Positions 1 through 13,084 of a stretch of 64,000 bases of DNA are shown here, piece after piece. Within the stretch, counting starts at the first letter, position 1; every line of letters starts with the position of its first letter. The notes under the pieces are model-generated. The model was not told the DNA's origin and made no database searches. It saw only the letters and a list, made by a program, of their open reading frames with translations. The position numbers were made by a program, and so were the translations under genes. This DNA comes from Cetorhinus maximus (taxonomy: Eukaryota): NCBI RefSeq assembly GCF_964194155.1, contig NC_135890.1:117986001-118050000 (forward strand). Reading direction: 5' to 3'.

Positions 1-269
1 CCAAGATCCGGCTATTGAACTTTTGAACACAGACAGAAAAGCTATTCAAGAGTGGTCCAATGCAATTTGATTTTAGATTCAGTATCAGCATTACATGAGT
101 TCAAGACTTTCGTACATGAATTGAGGGCGACACTTTAATGCAGTTCTGGAGGAATCCAGCATTGTCAAAGTTGCTGCCTTTTATATGAGATCTTTTATGT
201 CCATCTACTCTCTCCAATGAGCATAAAAGACTACACAGCATTATTTGAAGAGCAGGGAGGTTCTTACAT

Positions 270-1430
270 AAAAGCAAAACATTGTGGATGCTGGAAATCT
301 GAAATAATAAAGGGCTGGAAAAATCCAGCAGGTTTGGCATCATCTGTGGAGATAGAAACGTTTTGAGTCCAATATGATGCTTCTTCATAACTGAAGAGAG
401 GTAGAAATGTGATGGGTTTCTGACTGTGGAAAATGTGGAAGGCGGGGGTCAGGTGAGACAAAGGGGAAGGTCATGGATAGGTTAGAGGGAAGACTACCAA
501 AGTAGTCATGGGTGAAAAGGAAAAGGGACTGGTAATAGTAGCAGCAGAGAAACAAAGCATTGGTCCAGAGTATGTTTTAAGAGCAAAATAAAGCTCAGCT
601 CTGCCTGAAAGCAAAAACATGGAAACAAGACACAAGCTGGCACTAGGAAGAAATTCAAAATGGAGGGCAGAAGTTGTTGAACTCAATGTTGAGTCTAGAA
701 AACTGTAAAGTGCCTAAATGGAAGTTGAGTTGCTGTTCCTCCAGCTTGTGTTGGGCTTCACTGGAAAATTGCAGCAGGCTGAGGGCAGACATGAACACGA
801 GAGCAAGGTGGTGAATCGAAATGGCAACCGGAAGGTCATGTTTGTGCTTACGGACTGAGGGGAACTGTTCTGCAAAGCTGTCACCCAGTCTGCATTTGGT
901 CTCAATGTAGAGGAGACCGCATTGTAAGCAGTGAATATAGTAGATGAATTGAAATAAGTATAAGCAAATCGCTGCTTCACCTGGAAAGTGTTTTTGGGGC
1001 CTTGGCCAGTGAGAAGAGAGGAGGTAAAGCAGCAGATGTTAAACTTCCTGCGATTGCACGGGAAGGTGCTGTGCAAATTGGAAGTAAAATTGATTAATTT
1101 TTCCAGTACAGGATGAGAGCAAGAAGCAACACCAACATGGTCATTGATGCACCGGAAACAGTGTTGTGGGAGAGGACCCTTACTTGGGTCTTACTTGACT
1201 AGGACAAGGAATGTTCCACATGTCCCTCAAAAAGACAGCCTCATGCAGGTATCCACTGGAACACCTTTTATTTGGAGGAAGTGAGACATTAAAGGAGAAA
1301 TTATTCAATGAGAGAAATTATTCAATGAGAACACCAGTTCAGCCAGGCAAAGGAGGGTGGAGGTGGATGGGGATTGTTCAGGCCTCTGCTCAAGAAAGGA
1401 GTGAAAAGCCCTCATGGGAGCCACAGGAGG
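270..1430 (-). mobile_element. Internally deleted Penelope-like element: RT remnant, GIY-YIG endonuclease remnant and 3' pLTR
   Basis: The minus strand gives LAELVFSLNNFS..HFLQIKGV (RT, ~1240-1350), GPKNTFQVKQRF (~960-1000) and EAQHKLEEQQLNFHLGTLQFSRLNIEFNN (~675-760). A pLTR-type repeat lies at ~270-395. Confidence 0.75.
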
Positions 1431-1432
1431 CT

Positions 1433-1912
1433 GGGGAGGCGATGGTGTCGTGGTGTTGTCACTGGACTAGTAATCCAGAGATCCAGGGTAATGCTCTGGG
1501 GACTCGGGTTCGAATCCCGCCATGGCAGATGGTGGAATTTGAATTCAATAAAACATCTGGAATTAAAGTCTAATGGTGACCATGAAACCATTGTTGATTG
1601 TTGTAAAAACCCATCTGGTTCACTAATGTTCTTTAGGGAAGGAAATCTGTCATCCTTACCTGGTCTGGCCTACATGTGACTGCAGACCCCACAGCAATGT
1701 GCTTGACTCTTAAATGCCCTCTGAAATGGCCAAGCAAGCCACTCAGTTGTGTCAAACCACTACAAAGTCACAAAAAAAAAGGAATAAAACCAGACAGACC
1801 GCCCAGCATCGGTCAAGGCATCGGAAACGACAACAGCAATCTCAGCCCTGTCGACCCTGCAAAGTCATCCTTTCTAACATCTGGGGGCTAGTGCAAAAAT
1901 TGGGATGAGCTG
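1433..1912 (+). mobile_element. HE1-type tRNA-SINE head and body continuing into a LINE 5' region with an endonuclease start
   Basis: A/B-box-like tRNA head (gatggtgtcgtgg..., gggttcgaatccc). The body is shared with SINE copies at 22053, 41559 and 56262. It continues into NIWGLVQKLG at 1876. Confidence 0.75.
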
Positions 1913-2343
1913 TAAGAGTTCCAGCTTTGCTGACGATACAAAGTTAGGTGAAGTAAACAATGAGTGGGACCGTAAAGGTATACAGGCTAGTTAAGACAGT
2001 GGGCAGGAATTTCGCAGATAGAATACAATGTGGGTGAGTGAGAAGTTACCCAATTTGGTAAGAAAATAGACAAGCAGAATTTTGTTTTTTAAGAAGGCGA
2101 GGGACTGGGAAATTATATTTAACTAACCTGATTGGATTTTGTTGATGAGGTAACAGAGGGTTTGGCTTGTCAGTGACGTTGAGACACATGAAATAAAAGG
2201 GATAGCGGCAGCATGGATACAGGTTGGCTCAGTGACAGGAAACAGCAGTTCTGCTATTGTTGTTTGGCTACTGGGTTCAAACAACTTCAGTTGCCCTGCA
2301 CAGAAAGGCATCCAAGAATATTGTTACATTCAATGTGAAAAAG

Positions 2344-3682
2344 TAAAGTAATGGAAGGGGTCATCAACAGTGCATCAAGGGGCACTTGCTTAGCAATAAC
2401 CGGCTCACTGATGCCCTGTTTGGGTTCCGCCAGGGCCACTCAGCTCCTGACCTCGTTCCAGCCTTGGTTCAAACATGGACAAAAGAGCTGAACTCCCGAG
2501 GTGAGGTGAGAGTGACTGCCCTTAACATCAAGGCTGCATTTGACCAACTGTGGCATCAAGGAGCCCTAGCAAAACCAGAGTCAATGGGAATCAAGGGGGA
2601 AAACTCTCCGCCGGTCGGAGTCATACCTAGCACAAAGGAAGATGGTTGTCGTTGTTGGAGGTCAGTCATCTCAGCTCCAGGACATCACTGCAAGGGTTCC
2701 TCAGGGTAGTGTCCTAGGCCCAACCATCTTCAGCTGCTTCATCAACGACCTTCCTTCCATCATAAGGTCACAAATGGGGATGTTCGCTGATGATTGCACA
2801 ATGTTCAGCACCATTCATCACTCCTCAGAGACTGAAGCAATCCATGTCCAAATGCAGCAAGACCTGGACAATATCCAGGCTTGGACTGACAAGTGACAAG
2901 TAACATTTGCACCACACAAGTGCCAGGCAATGACCATCTCCAACAAGAGAGAATCCAACCATCACCCCTTGATGTTCAATGGCATTATCATCACTGAATT
3001 CCCCACTACCAACATCCTGGGGGTTACCATTGACCAGAAACTGAATTGGACTAGCCATATAAATACTGTGGCTACAAGAGCAGGTCAGAGGCTAGGAATC
3101 ATGTGACGAATAACTCACCTCCTGACTCCCCAAACCCTGTATACCACCTACAAGGCACAAGTCAGAAGTGTGATGAAATACTCCCCACTTGCCTGGATGA
3201 GTGCAGCTCCTACAACACTCAAGAAGTTGGACATCGTCCAGGACAAAGCAGTCCGCTTGATTGGCACCACATCCAAAAACATTCACTCCCTCCACCACCG
3301 ACGCACAGCAGCAGCAGTGTGTACCATCTACAAGATGCACAACAGGAATTCACCAAGGTTCCTTCGAAAGCACCTTCCATACCCATGAACACTACCACCT
3401 GGAAGGACAAGGGCAGCAGATAGTTGGGAACACCACTAACTGGAAGTTCCCCTCCAAGTCACTCACCATCCTGACTTGGAAATATATCGCTATTCTTTCA
3501 CTGTCACTGGGTCAAAATCTTGGAACTCCCTCCCTAACAGCACTGTGGGTGTACCTACACCATATGGACTGCAACGGTTCAAGAAGGCAGCTCACCACCA
3601 CCTTCTCAAGGGCAACTAGGGATCGGCAATAAATGCCAGCCCAGCCAGCGAAGCCCACATCCCGTGAATGAATTAAAAAAAA
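2344..3682 (+). mobile_element. HER1/CR1-type LINE 3' part (RT and tail), frameshifted
   Basis: FGFRQGHSAPDL, VPQGSVLGPTIFSCFINDLP and MFADDCT RT motifs. Ends in cccacatcccgtgaatgaattaaaaaaaaa, the tail shared with the HE1 SINE. Confidence 0.9.
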
Positions 3683-4060
3683 ATGCCACTAGCATTCTTT
3701 TTGAAAAACAAAAGCTAAAAAAAAAATCACATTTCAAAAGCTAAAGAAGCAACAAAAACGAAAAGTGCAGATCGTTAAAGCAGCAATTCTAACAAAAGAA
3801 CTCGTTAGGGACAAGAAAACACTGGCGTTTGCGTTTTAAAAGCGAGAGCAATGAAAAACACATCTCAATCAGAAAAATTAACTGCTTGACAGCTCAAGAT
3901 ACCATATTGGGAGGGAATGGAAATCTGTCCCTGAATACTGCAGTGCTACAAGGGGGAAAAGCACACCCTAACGTCTTTTATACGATTGAGAGTATATAAG
4001 TATGCATTTAAAACAAAAATATAGCATCCCAACTTTCTAATTTATTTGATGTTTACTCAC

Positions 4061-4130
4061 AATTCTTGATTCTTCAAGGGTTGAACAGAGCGCACCTGCA
4101 GGGCGCATCCATTTTGTAAAGGTCAAGCTG
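4061..4130 (-). other. Candidate first exon of a divergently transcribed gene (TRMT2A expected by synteny; not confirmed from sequence)
   Basis: Minus-strand donor GTGAGT at 4060-4055, just beyond the CpG-rich promoter, with CAAAATGG (YY1-like) nearby. No recognisable TRMT2A peptide in the window. Confidence 0.35.
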
Positions 4131-4700
4131 GGGACCGCGCACGGCATTGTGGGAATGACCCGCCGGGAATGTGGTTAAAAAATAAAAATAATTAAATCTC
4201 GAATAATCTCTGACAGTTAAGGGCTAGTTATTTTTTAAAAATATAATAATGTAAATTTATTTTGCTTGTACTAAAGTAAAGTGAGGCTGTTTCTGATTTT
4301 TGGGTGTCCAGGCCCTGGTTGCTAGGGAGGCCATATTGAACTGAGGTAAGGTGGGTAAAAAATCAAGCGCGAAAGTAAAACGGGAGACGGATCTTTTATT
4401 GTTTCTCATCTATAATCTGAAGCCATCGTCCCTTAAAATGGCAGATGAGAGAGTAAGTATCGGCACGTAGCTGAAGTGCAATAACTCTACTTTTCGTCCA
4501 TGCTGATATTTCTGCTGGATTTAACATCTAACGGGTTTTTTTTGAGATATTGAAAGTCATGATGATCCTGGGCTGGTGGTTTCGGGGGGTTGGTTGGGGG
4601 AGATGGATCGGCCGGAGCCGGCGGCTGGGATTTTACTCCTGACTCCAGAGGTAGAAAACGTGTGGTGGAGAGGCCGCTATCATTAAAATCGACGGTTAAG
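4085..4700. promoter_or_regulatory. CpG-rich, probably bidirectional RANBP1 promoter
   Basis: CpG-dense. GCATTGTGGGAA (ZNF143/Staf-like) at ~4144-4155, GTTGCTAGG (RFX-like) ~4318, GCCATATT (YY1-like) ~4330, and GCGCGAAA (E2F site) 4367-4374. Confidence 0.7.
4438..4452 (+). CDS. RANBP1: RANBP1 exon 1 (MADER)
   Basis: aaaATGG start, 15 nt, GTAAGT donor. Phase 0, in frame with exon 2. Confidence 0.85.
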
Positions 4701-5389
4701 ATTTAAATAAGGGAGAGGGCGAAACACAAAATCTGTGATTTTTTTTTTGTTGTTGTTTGTTCATTAGTTTAAAGTTAAATTTTATGATATTAGTTTTGTT
4801 TTCCTCGAGGCCTTGCCTCGTTCCTTTTGCGGTAAAATTCACCCCGTGGCCCAGCGGTGGCCTAGATGGAGATGAATCATTCATTTTAAAATGATGTATT
4901 TTTTTTTCCCCCCGATGTAGTTTTATCCAAGTGATTCGATTTTGTTCTCCCCGCATCAGTTAATGCTAAATTAGGGTCGCGGAAGAAAGACCCCCGTTTT
5001 AAGTAGACAGCAGTGTAGTTAGTGATCTACTAGCCAGTCGATAAGGTATGACATAACATCCAAACTGTACACATTTATCGAAAACACAACGCCACCTTCT
5101 TTAAGACATTAATTTTTTATTTTGAACAATGACGGATTAGTCATAAAATCTTTCTACCCATTTAGTGTGAATGTATAAGATACTTTTGTCGTCATACATG
5201 TGACAAGTGAATTTCTCGTTCCAGTTATTAAAAAAAGGAGTTCCAGCTACTATCTGAATTTTATTCTAGGGAGCAGGTGGTTTGCCCAGGCATAAGTAAG
5301 AGTAGGTCTAATTTTTCCCATCTTGCTCCTCTTTCATTCTTCCCTCTTGAATTGAGTGGCTGCTAATTCGTGCCATTTAACTCACAACA

Positions 5390-5550
5390 AAATGCTTTGG
5401 ATACTGGAAATTTGAAATAAAAACAGAAAGTGCTGGAAATACTCAGCAGGTCACACAGCATCTGTGGAGCAGTGTTAATATTACAGATGATGACCTTTCA
5501 TCAGAATTGTTCTGTTCTGATGAAAGGTCATCGGTCAGTAATGTGAACTC
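5390..5550. mobile_element. Penelope-type pLTR with head-to-head inversion
   Basis: gaaataaaaacagaaagtgctggaaatactcagcagg... repeat; inverted arms gatgacctttcatcagaa / ttctgatgaaaggtcatc. Confidence 0.7.
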
Positions 5551-7369
5551 TTACTTTCCATGTAATGTTGTTTTGCATATTTTTTTGACTGCTGACTTGC
5601 TTGGTTTTTTTTTTACTTCTCCCAATGACGGAACATTTTGTAGGCAAATGTTGACAGGCTTGAACTTGGGCCTCTTATAAAATACCATAACTATACTTAA
5701 TTTTTTTCCTCTTGTGTACTCATTGCAATTTGTGTTACATTTGATACTATCTTGAAGAAAAACTTTTAAGTTTAATCAATATTTATGATTTGATTGTCAT
5801 GTTTGCAGGAAAGACACACTATTTTGGTGGCAAATTTGCAGTTTGAGAAGTGTGTGACCTTTGAAAGGTGCAACTCTGAATGCATTGCACATCTCACTGT
5901 CCACATGCCTGATAAATGTGCTCCAAAGTTTATAATTTGCATTTATATAATGTAACATAAGACCTCAAAATGAAATGCATGTTTTCAGTTGTCTTTGCCT
6001 TGGAATCTTGACCTCCTGGGACCTAGATCTCCATGCGTTTCAATCGCTGAAGCGAAACCTTGGTTTCTGATACATGTATCTGAAATGGATTAAGGTTTTA
6101 CGGCTCATTCCAGTTCATAGTGGACACAACCAGTCAGCAAAAAGAAAAAAACTGGTGTCCCACTTGAGTCACATGTGACTCATGGGAAATGAAAATGTAT
6201 TCCATTAAGAGCCATCTTGTGAGTTTTGGGTTTGACACAATGACACATTTGGGGACCAGATTTTTAACCTTGTTCATAATGTTTCTGTGTTGCATGTGCT
6301 TGATGGTGACCCTGTGTACGAATCATTTTCTTTAAAAGGTTGTTTGCTTCGTAGATATTTCTTTACCTAAACATTACTCTCCTTCTCTTCCCCTCCTCTC
6401 CCAAAATAAAACTTTTGACTTCTCCAATCCTTCGCTAAAAGATTGTGTGTCTCAGCAGATTTAATGCAAGATAGTCATTGTGTCATACTAGAGAGGAACT
6501 GGCATTCCATGTGCTTTCTAATTCCACCCATTCAGATCATCTTTGACCAGGGTTTTTGTTCACAAATGCTGTTCGCTCATTTAAGCTGACCTCAGTTTCT
6601 TCCCTGATGGCTGCATATGTTGTAAATCCTGCAGTGACTGATCAGCATTTCAAAATAGTAGGCAGAACCTTTTAACCTTGCAATTTTAAACCGGTCAAAA
6701 TGACATAAAGCAGTGCAGATTTGATGGCACGCAATCTATATTTCAGCTGTTGAATTTAATAACTATTCTTTCTCGGACTACATCTCAATATAAAATATAA
6801 TATAACCAATTGGTTAATTGAAGTTCAGTTATGCTTTGGATTTTCTTTCCTAATCAGTTTTCCACTTCCTGTTTTGAAGATGTTGACTTTTCCTAGGGTA
6901 TGGTGCCATGTGTATTATACCCTTCAGGAAGTCTCCCAAGTGGCCACTGTTCAAGTGTGAGCTTTGACAGTAAGTGTTAGTAAGTTAATTATGCTTAGAT
7001 GTTTTGCAATCAAACCTGATCTTGTCCTCCACTGATGACCACAAGTGCCTGCTTCTGTCCATCAGGGATTGCGGCCAAGTGATCAGAGATGAGAGTCCTG
7101 GCCGCTGGGGGAGTTTGGAAGGTGGAGGACGGGTTGGAATTGATAAAATGAGATGTATGGGAGGCCAACATAAAGCAGGGATAGAAAACACTATAATAGC
7201 AACAAAAAAGGGGGAAGAAATTGTTTTACGCTTTGCCTGCATATTATTCATTTTTATGTGCAGTTTAAGAATTTGTTTGTGTACCGAAATAGCTTGAGAT
7301 CATTTGTAGTATTTAATGGAGCTCGTTTGTTATAACCTGTGGTTGCATTCCAAATCTGCCAATTTGTTG

Positions 7370-8247
7370 TGTTACAATCCCTCTATAGGTGAATAACATT
7401 TAAAAAGATATTAGCATTCCCAGTGACCAACTTAAAGATTTCAAGTTTTAAGGTTTTTACTTACAAAGAAACTAAAAGCAACATCAACTAAACATTACTT
7501 AGTAGGCAACTAATACTCAGCTACAGAAAATACATGCCTTTTTAGTGTTTTAACCTGATCGATAACCACATGTCGTACTTACAGCACAATCTTCACAGAA
7601 TTGCAGTCTTTTCAGGCAACAGCCCAAAATCACTCCCAGCTTCCAACAGGTCCACATCTCCCCATTTCACTGAGTCATGATTTCCAGCATCCGACAAAAT
7701 TGTTTTCCTCAGTCTTCCAGGAAATCCTGAACTAACCTTCAGCAGAACAGTACACCCTGATGATTCCTTTCCCCAGCCATGCCGGGATGAATCTTTAAGG
7801 ATTCTTAAATTCCTGCTGGTTCTTCTCCCCAACTGAAGGACCAGCTCCGTCAAGATTCCACTTGGTACTTAACATAGAACAACCTTTTCTCTGCTGCTCA
7901 CAGCTGTTGTTGTCTCTCTGTATCCCTCTCTCTGTTCCTGTTCAAAGTTTCTGAGACAAAGTTTGTAGTTAGAAGAACATCTGCTTCTCCCTTTGTTTTC
8001 AGGTGGTAAATCTGGTGCATAGATTTCAAAGGCACTTAACCTGTTTTTCTCCCCCCCACCCCCCAATCTCCATGGTAACTAAGCCATATGGGCTTGTAGT
8101 AGGGCAGAACTCATGGCAGATCACATGACTGTTCAATCCTCTATCTTGAATTAAAGAGACAGTTTAAAATATCTTATAAAACTTCTCACAACAGCTGTCA
8201 TGTAGCCATATGTTAGTTTCAACATTCATTTGTTACCTTCTATAACA
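7370..8247. mobile_element. Probable solo LTR in RANBP1 intron 1
   Basis: TGTTA...TAACA termini. Flanks gttg/gtca are both derivable from a gtcg 4-bp TSD by CpG decay. Confidence 0.5.
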
Positions 8248-8373
8248 GTCAGAGAAATTGCCCCAAATTGTCGAAATGGGTAAATATATTTATAGTCAAC
8301 AAAATTAATGTACCAGCCATTTAATAATCTACAATAGCTTGAAAAAATACTTATCTGTTTTGTCTTTCTCCAG

Positions 8374-8510
8374 GAAATAGGAGACCATGACACTTCTGCA
8401 GAGAATGTGACTGAAGATTCCAACCATGATCCCCACTTTGAACCAATAGTTTCTCTTCCTGAGCAAGAGGTAAAAACATTGGAAGAAGACGAGGAGGAAC
8501 TTTTCAGAAT
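8374..8510 (+). CDS. RANBP1: RANBP1 exon 2
   Basis: ttctccag acceptor; EIGDHDTSAENVTEDSNHDPHFEPIVSLPEQEVKTLEEDEEELFR(M); GTAAGT donor; 137 nt. Confidence 0.97.
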
Positions 8511-9049
8511 GTAAGTAATATGTGATGAAGTACATTTAATATGCCTGTGGATAACTCAGTCTGACTTATGGTGAACTGATTGTGACTTTCTTCATCTTTA
8601 ACTTGGTGCTGTATGATGCATGGTTTTATAACTCACCTATTTCTGACTTGATCAGATATGTCTCTGTTTTGAACTTGTTTGGTCTTCCAATTTTTCTCAA
8701 TCCTGGCTTGGCTCTGCTCTGACTCATGTTTATCTGGAAAAGTGCATACATGTTCTAGATCTGTTCCCAATCTCTTGTCTGATCTTGGGATCTCCAGCAT
8801 TAGCTTCATGTTTTCCTTTGTCTTGTTTCTGGTCTGCATATAGTGACAGCAGGAAATAAATAATAAGTTGTGCTTGTATAGAGTCTGTCACATGCTGTGG
8901 CATCCCAAAATATTTCTTGATCACTTTTAAAATGTAGTCACTGATACTTCTGTTGGGAAACCTAACAAGTCAATTTGCACAAAACAAGGTCCCACAAACA
9001 AAAATGAGGTGTATGTTCAGCTAACCTGCTTTTGGTGTTGGTTAAAAAT

Positions 9050-9905
9050 AGAACTTGCATGTATATGGCACCTTTCATGATTTCTGGGCATCCCAAAGTA
9101 CTTTACAGCCAGTGAAGTACTTTTGAAGTGTAATGTAGGTAAATATAGCAGCCAATTTGTGCACAGCAAGATCCCACGCACAGCAGTGGAATAATGTCCA
9201 GATAATCTGTTTTGGTGATAATGGGTGAGGGATAAACATTGGCCAGAACACTTGGAGAATACCCGTACTCTTCCTCGAGTTGTGCCGTGGGGTTTTTTCA
9301 TGCTCACCCAAGAGGACGGATGAGCTTTGGTTTAATGTCTCATCCAAATGAAAGCACCCCTGAGTATACTGTAGTGTCAGCCTTAGAACCATAGAAAAGT
9401 TATGGCACAGAAAGAGGCCATTCAGCTCATTGTGTCTGTGCTGGCCAAAAAATAAAAAAAACTAGTTGCCAATTTTAATTCCACCTTCCAGCACCTGGTC
9501 TGTAGTCTTGCGGGTTACAGCACTTTCAGTGCAGATCGAGGTACCTTTTAAATGAGTTGAGGGTTTCTGCCCCCCTCCCCACCACCAAACAAGGCAACCA
9601 ATTCCAAATACCCACCATCCCCTGGATGAAGAAGTTTTTCCTTATGTCCCCCCTAATCCTTCTACCTTGAATCTGTGCCCCCTGGTAATTGACCTCTCTG
9701 CTAGGGGAAACAAGGCATCCCTGTCTACTCTCTAAGCCTCTCATAATCTTGTACACTCAATCGGATCACCCCATAGCCTCCTTTGTTTCAAGGAAAACAA
9801 CCCCAGCCTATCCAATCTTTCCTCATAGCTGCAATTTTCAAGCCTTGAATATGTACGCAAATGGGTGGAACTTGAATCCATAATCCCCTAATTCAAAGGT
9901 GAGTG
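9050..9905 (-). mobile_element. tRNA/Deu-type SINE interrupted by a CR1 3' fragment (~9385-9845)
   Basis: The SINE body matches the copy at 61335 in reverse. The CR1 fragment translates as YKIMRGL...RKNFFIQGMVGIWN. Confidence 0.65.
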
Positions 9906-11727
9906 TTAAGATATGTAATGGATAAATGTTGTCTAGGGCACAGCGAGAGCTCCCTGCAATTTTTTTGTCTTTTTCTTCCACTGGAAGACGAGCTTTGCTT
10001 TAACATCTGACAATGCAGTATTTCCTCTACTGCAGTTAAGTGTCTATCTTAATAACATGCTCCATTCTTGCAGTAAGAGTGCTCACTTCACCAATCTGAC
10101 ACGTATATATCGAACAGCCAACCTAGAAGTTGAATAGATCTTGCAGCATATATATTAGCAGAAGTTGCCCATGAGTGCAACCTTGAGTGAGGAGGTTACA
10201 GTGGAGCAGGGGGAATTTGAACACAAAGATGAGAATTTTAAATTTGAGGTGTTGTTATAACAGGAGACAATGTAGGTCAGCGAGCAAGAGGTGATGGATG
10301 GATGGAATTTGATGCGAGTTAGGATACAGGCAACACTTTTGGATGACCTGAAGTTTATGGAGGGCTGGTCAGGAGAGCATTGGAATAGTCCAGTCTGGAG
10401 GTAACAAAAGCATGGACGAGGGTTTCAGCAACAGTTGGGATAATATTGCAGGCTGTAACAGAAATTTAAGAAGAGTTTTATAGATTATTTGCCTCTTTCC
10501 AAAGCTGGTGTGAAAGTATCTGGGTCGCTGTCATCGAGTACCTGTCAGTCCAGTTATTTTCTCCATTGACTGCCTAATCAATGATTCCTCAGCAGACAAG
10601 AATTATTTTTCTTGGAGTCAAAAGCTACAATACAAACTACACTGTTCCACTCAGCGGAACCACTTCAAATAATAGAAATGAAACTGCTCTGAACAAGTTT
10701 TCTGGGCCACTGCTGCTGAGTTTATTAACTTAGTTTAGAAAGATCTGGTGTGATTCAATGTTCCTGAACCTTCTGCAGGGCTGATGGAAAGTGACTAACC
10801 AGCTGCTTGAGTTGCTTCGAAAAAGATGGTCCAGTTAAGATGATATGTGTTGCACCTTTGTGATGGGTGCCTCTGATGCTGGCAAATGGCTAGTGCTATT
10901 TGCCTGATGCAGATGGCTGTCAGGATTAAATGGGGTCTAAATGTGGTACACCAATGTCTGTTGTGCTTGGTGGGACTTGCTAATGTTCAGGAAGCTATAA
11001 CATCATGAGCTAATGCAGCCTTTGCACCCATAAACCCTCCCCTGCAATGGGATTAATACATCTAAGTTACAAATTTCCCCTTTAGATACAATATAACACT
11101 CCTGAATATGTTTGTGTTAAGAATTCAGCTGAGTATGCCTGTTCACCTGGAGTTTGTTTTTCTGACAACATGTAATATAGGATCTGGTACTGTTGAGTCA
11201 CTGATCCGTAATGAATTAAAGATGGTCAGAAATAATTGCATTGAGGTAGTGTTACCATTTTTACCAATTGTGTTCTTGGAACAAAAACAAATTCTCCCCT
11301 TTTGTGGGGCCAAAGTATCCAACTATTGCTTAAATTGCGCCTGAATTTTTATGTTTATTAAATTGGGCATTCTGTGTGAGGAAGTCTTAACAAATATTGG
11401 GGGCCTTGGATTGTCCAAATTATTGAAATCATCTATACCACAGGAAATTCCAGACTGAAGCTCTCTCTGCTTTATCCAACAATACACTTTAACCTCAATC
11501 AAGCATACAGTGTTGAACTATGGGAATCTTTTGTGCTCTGAGCCCTTGTCAATTAAGAGCCTTCCAAACCCATTTCACATAATACCTTCTATTTTGCTGG
11601 AATCCAGTCCGGACGAAAGAATAATATGCTGATCTACTCATCCACTTTTTTCAAAAAAAGGGAAAGGAACAAAGGTGGAAAGTTAAATAATGTCCACCAG
11701 TAAATGCTTTGAGAAAGAAAACAGTAA

Positions 11728-11946
<219 letters not shown>

Positions 11947-13084
11947 TAAATTAATCTTGTAGATTTGACTGTAGTAGTTGTAAATCCTCTTAGGTTCTTC
12001 TCTAGGGATTTTTTTGTGATTGTGTAAGTCAGGGCTTATTCCTTCTGAGGGACCCCTCCTACATTATAAAAATTTCGTGGACCCCCATGGTACAAGTACT
12101 TTTTCTGTATAAAAATGAATTATGCACTTGTTTATTATTATTTTTGTTTTACTTATAACTTGACATCCATTTTCATCCTCTTGGGCTGAGATTCTCTTTT
12201 CTCCACACTCTGACAAGAAAATCTCACGTGATTATCTTTATAATTAGAAAGTTTTTTGTACCTTGAGCTTTTTTTTAACAATGCATATACTGTATAAATA
12301 TAGTTCTGGACAATTCTAGTTCCCAATGATACAGCAAACACAAACTTTTATGGGGGTAAATCACATGCATACGGTGGAACTGAGAAGAAATCAGAAGTGC
12401 AAAGAAAACATGGACACTGAGAATTTTGCCAACTGATTTGACATACAAATCCCATCATTGGGAAAACAAGAGATGAATCATGCTGTTTGCCAGGCAAAGA
12501 CTTGCTGTCTTTCTCTGCACCCTACACCCTCTCCCTCCTGCACATTCGTCCAAATACCAACCTCCTGGCTGGCTTGCTTTTCCCTGTGCCAGACTCAAAC
12601 TCATTGGATGACATCCCTTCATTGACGATGTATCTTGGCCATCACTTGTCCCCACTCAGATTCTGATTGGTCGATTACCACAACATTTTTTTTCTTACAC
12701 ATTCTCTGGTTTTTTGGCAGGGCCCTTGAAACCCCTGGGTGCATAGGCCAGTCTCTAATTTGAAACGTCTTATTCCGTGGTTTGGATAATTCTCTGGAGT
12801 ACACTGATATCTCCGGGTTTTATGGCCCTGGCTTGCTACTTTCTTTTACCATGTGAGAAAGAATTGTGTTTCTGCTGTTAGTACTATACAAGCTGCTAGG
12901 TAATCAGTTGGTGATGCTTAACATACTGGAGTGTCCCTTATGGTAAAATATTTTGGTGACTCTGTACTCTGGTAAATAGAAATAAATGGACACTGTCTTC
13001 CAGGTTACTTTTAACCATGAAAATTATCAATGAGATGACTTGGAAAGGTAGAAAAACTGTGTGAAAGAAACTGTTAATATCAAA

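Noticed and set aside
1-265. Possible TRMT2A exon, or a hAT dimerisation-domain remnant (QFWRNP..)
   Set aside because: No TRMT2A peptide recognised; too short and stop-ridden to assign.
8520-8580. C/D-box-like motifs (GTGATGA...CTGA...CTGA) after RANBP1 exon 2
   Set aside because: Only about 10 nt from the splice donor, under 60 nt long, no convincing terminal stem and no recognisable rRNA antisense element.
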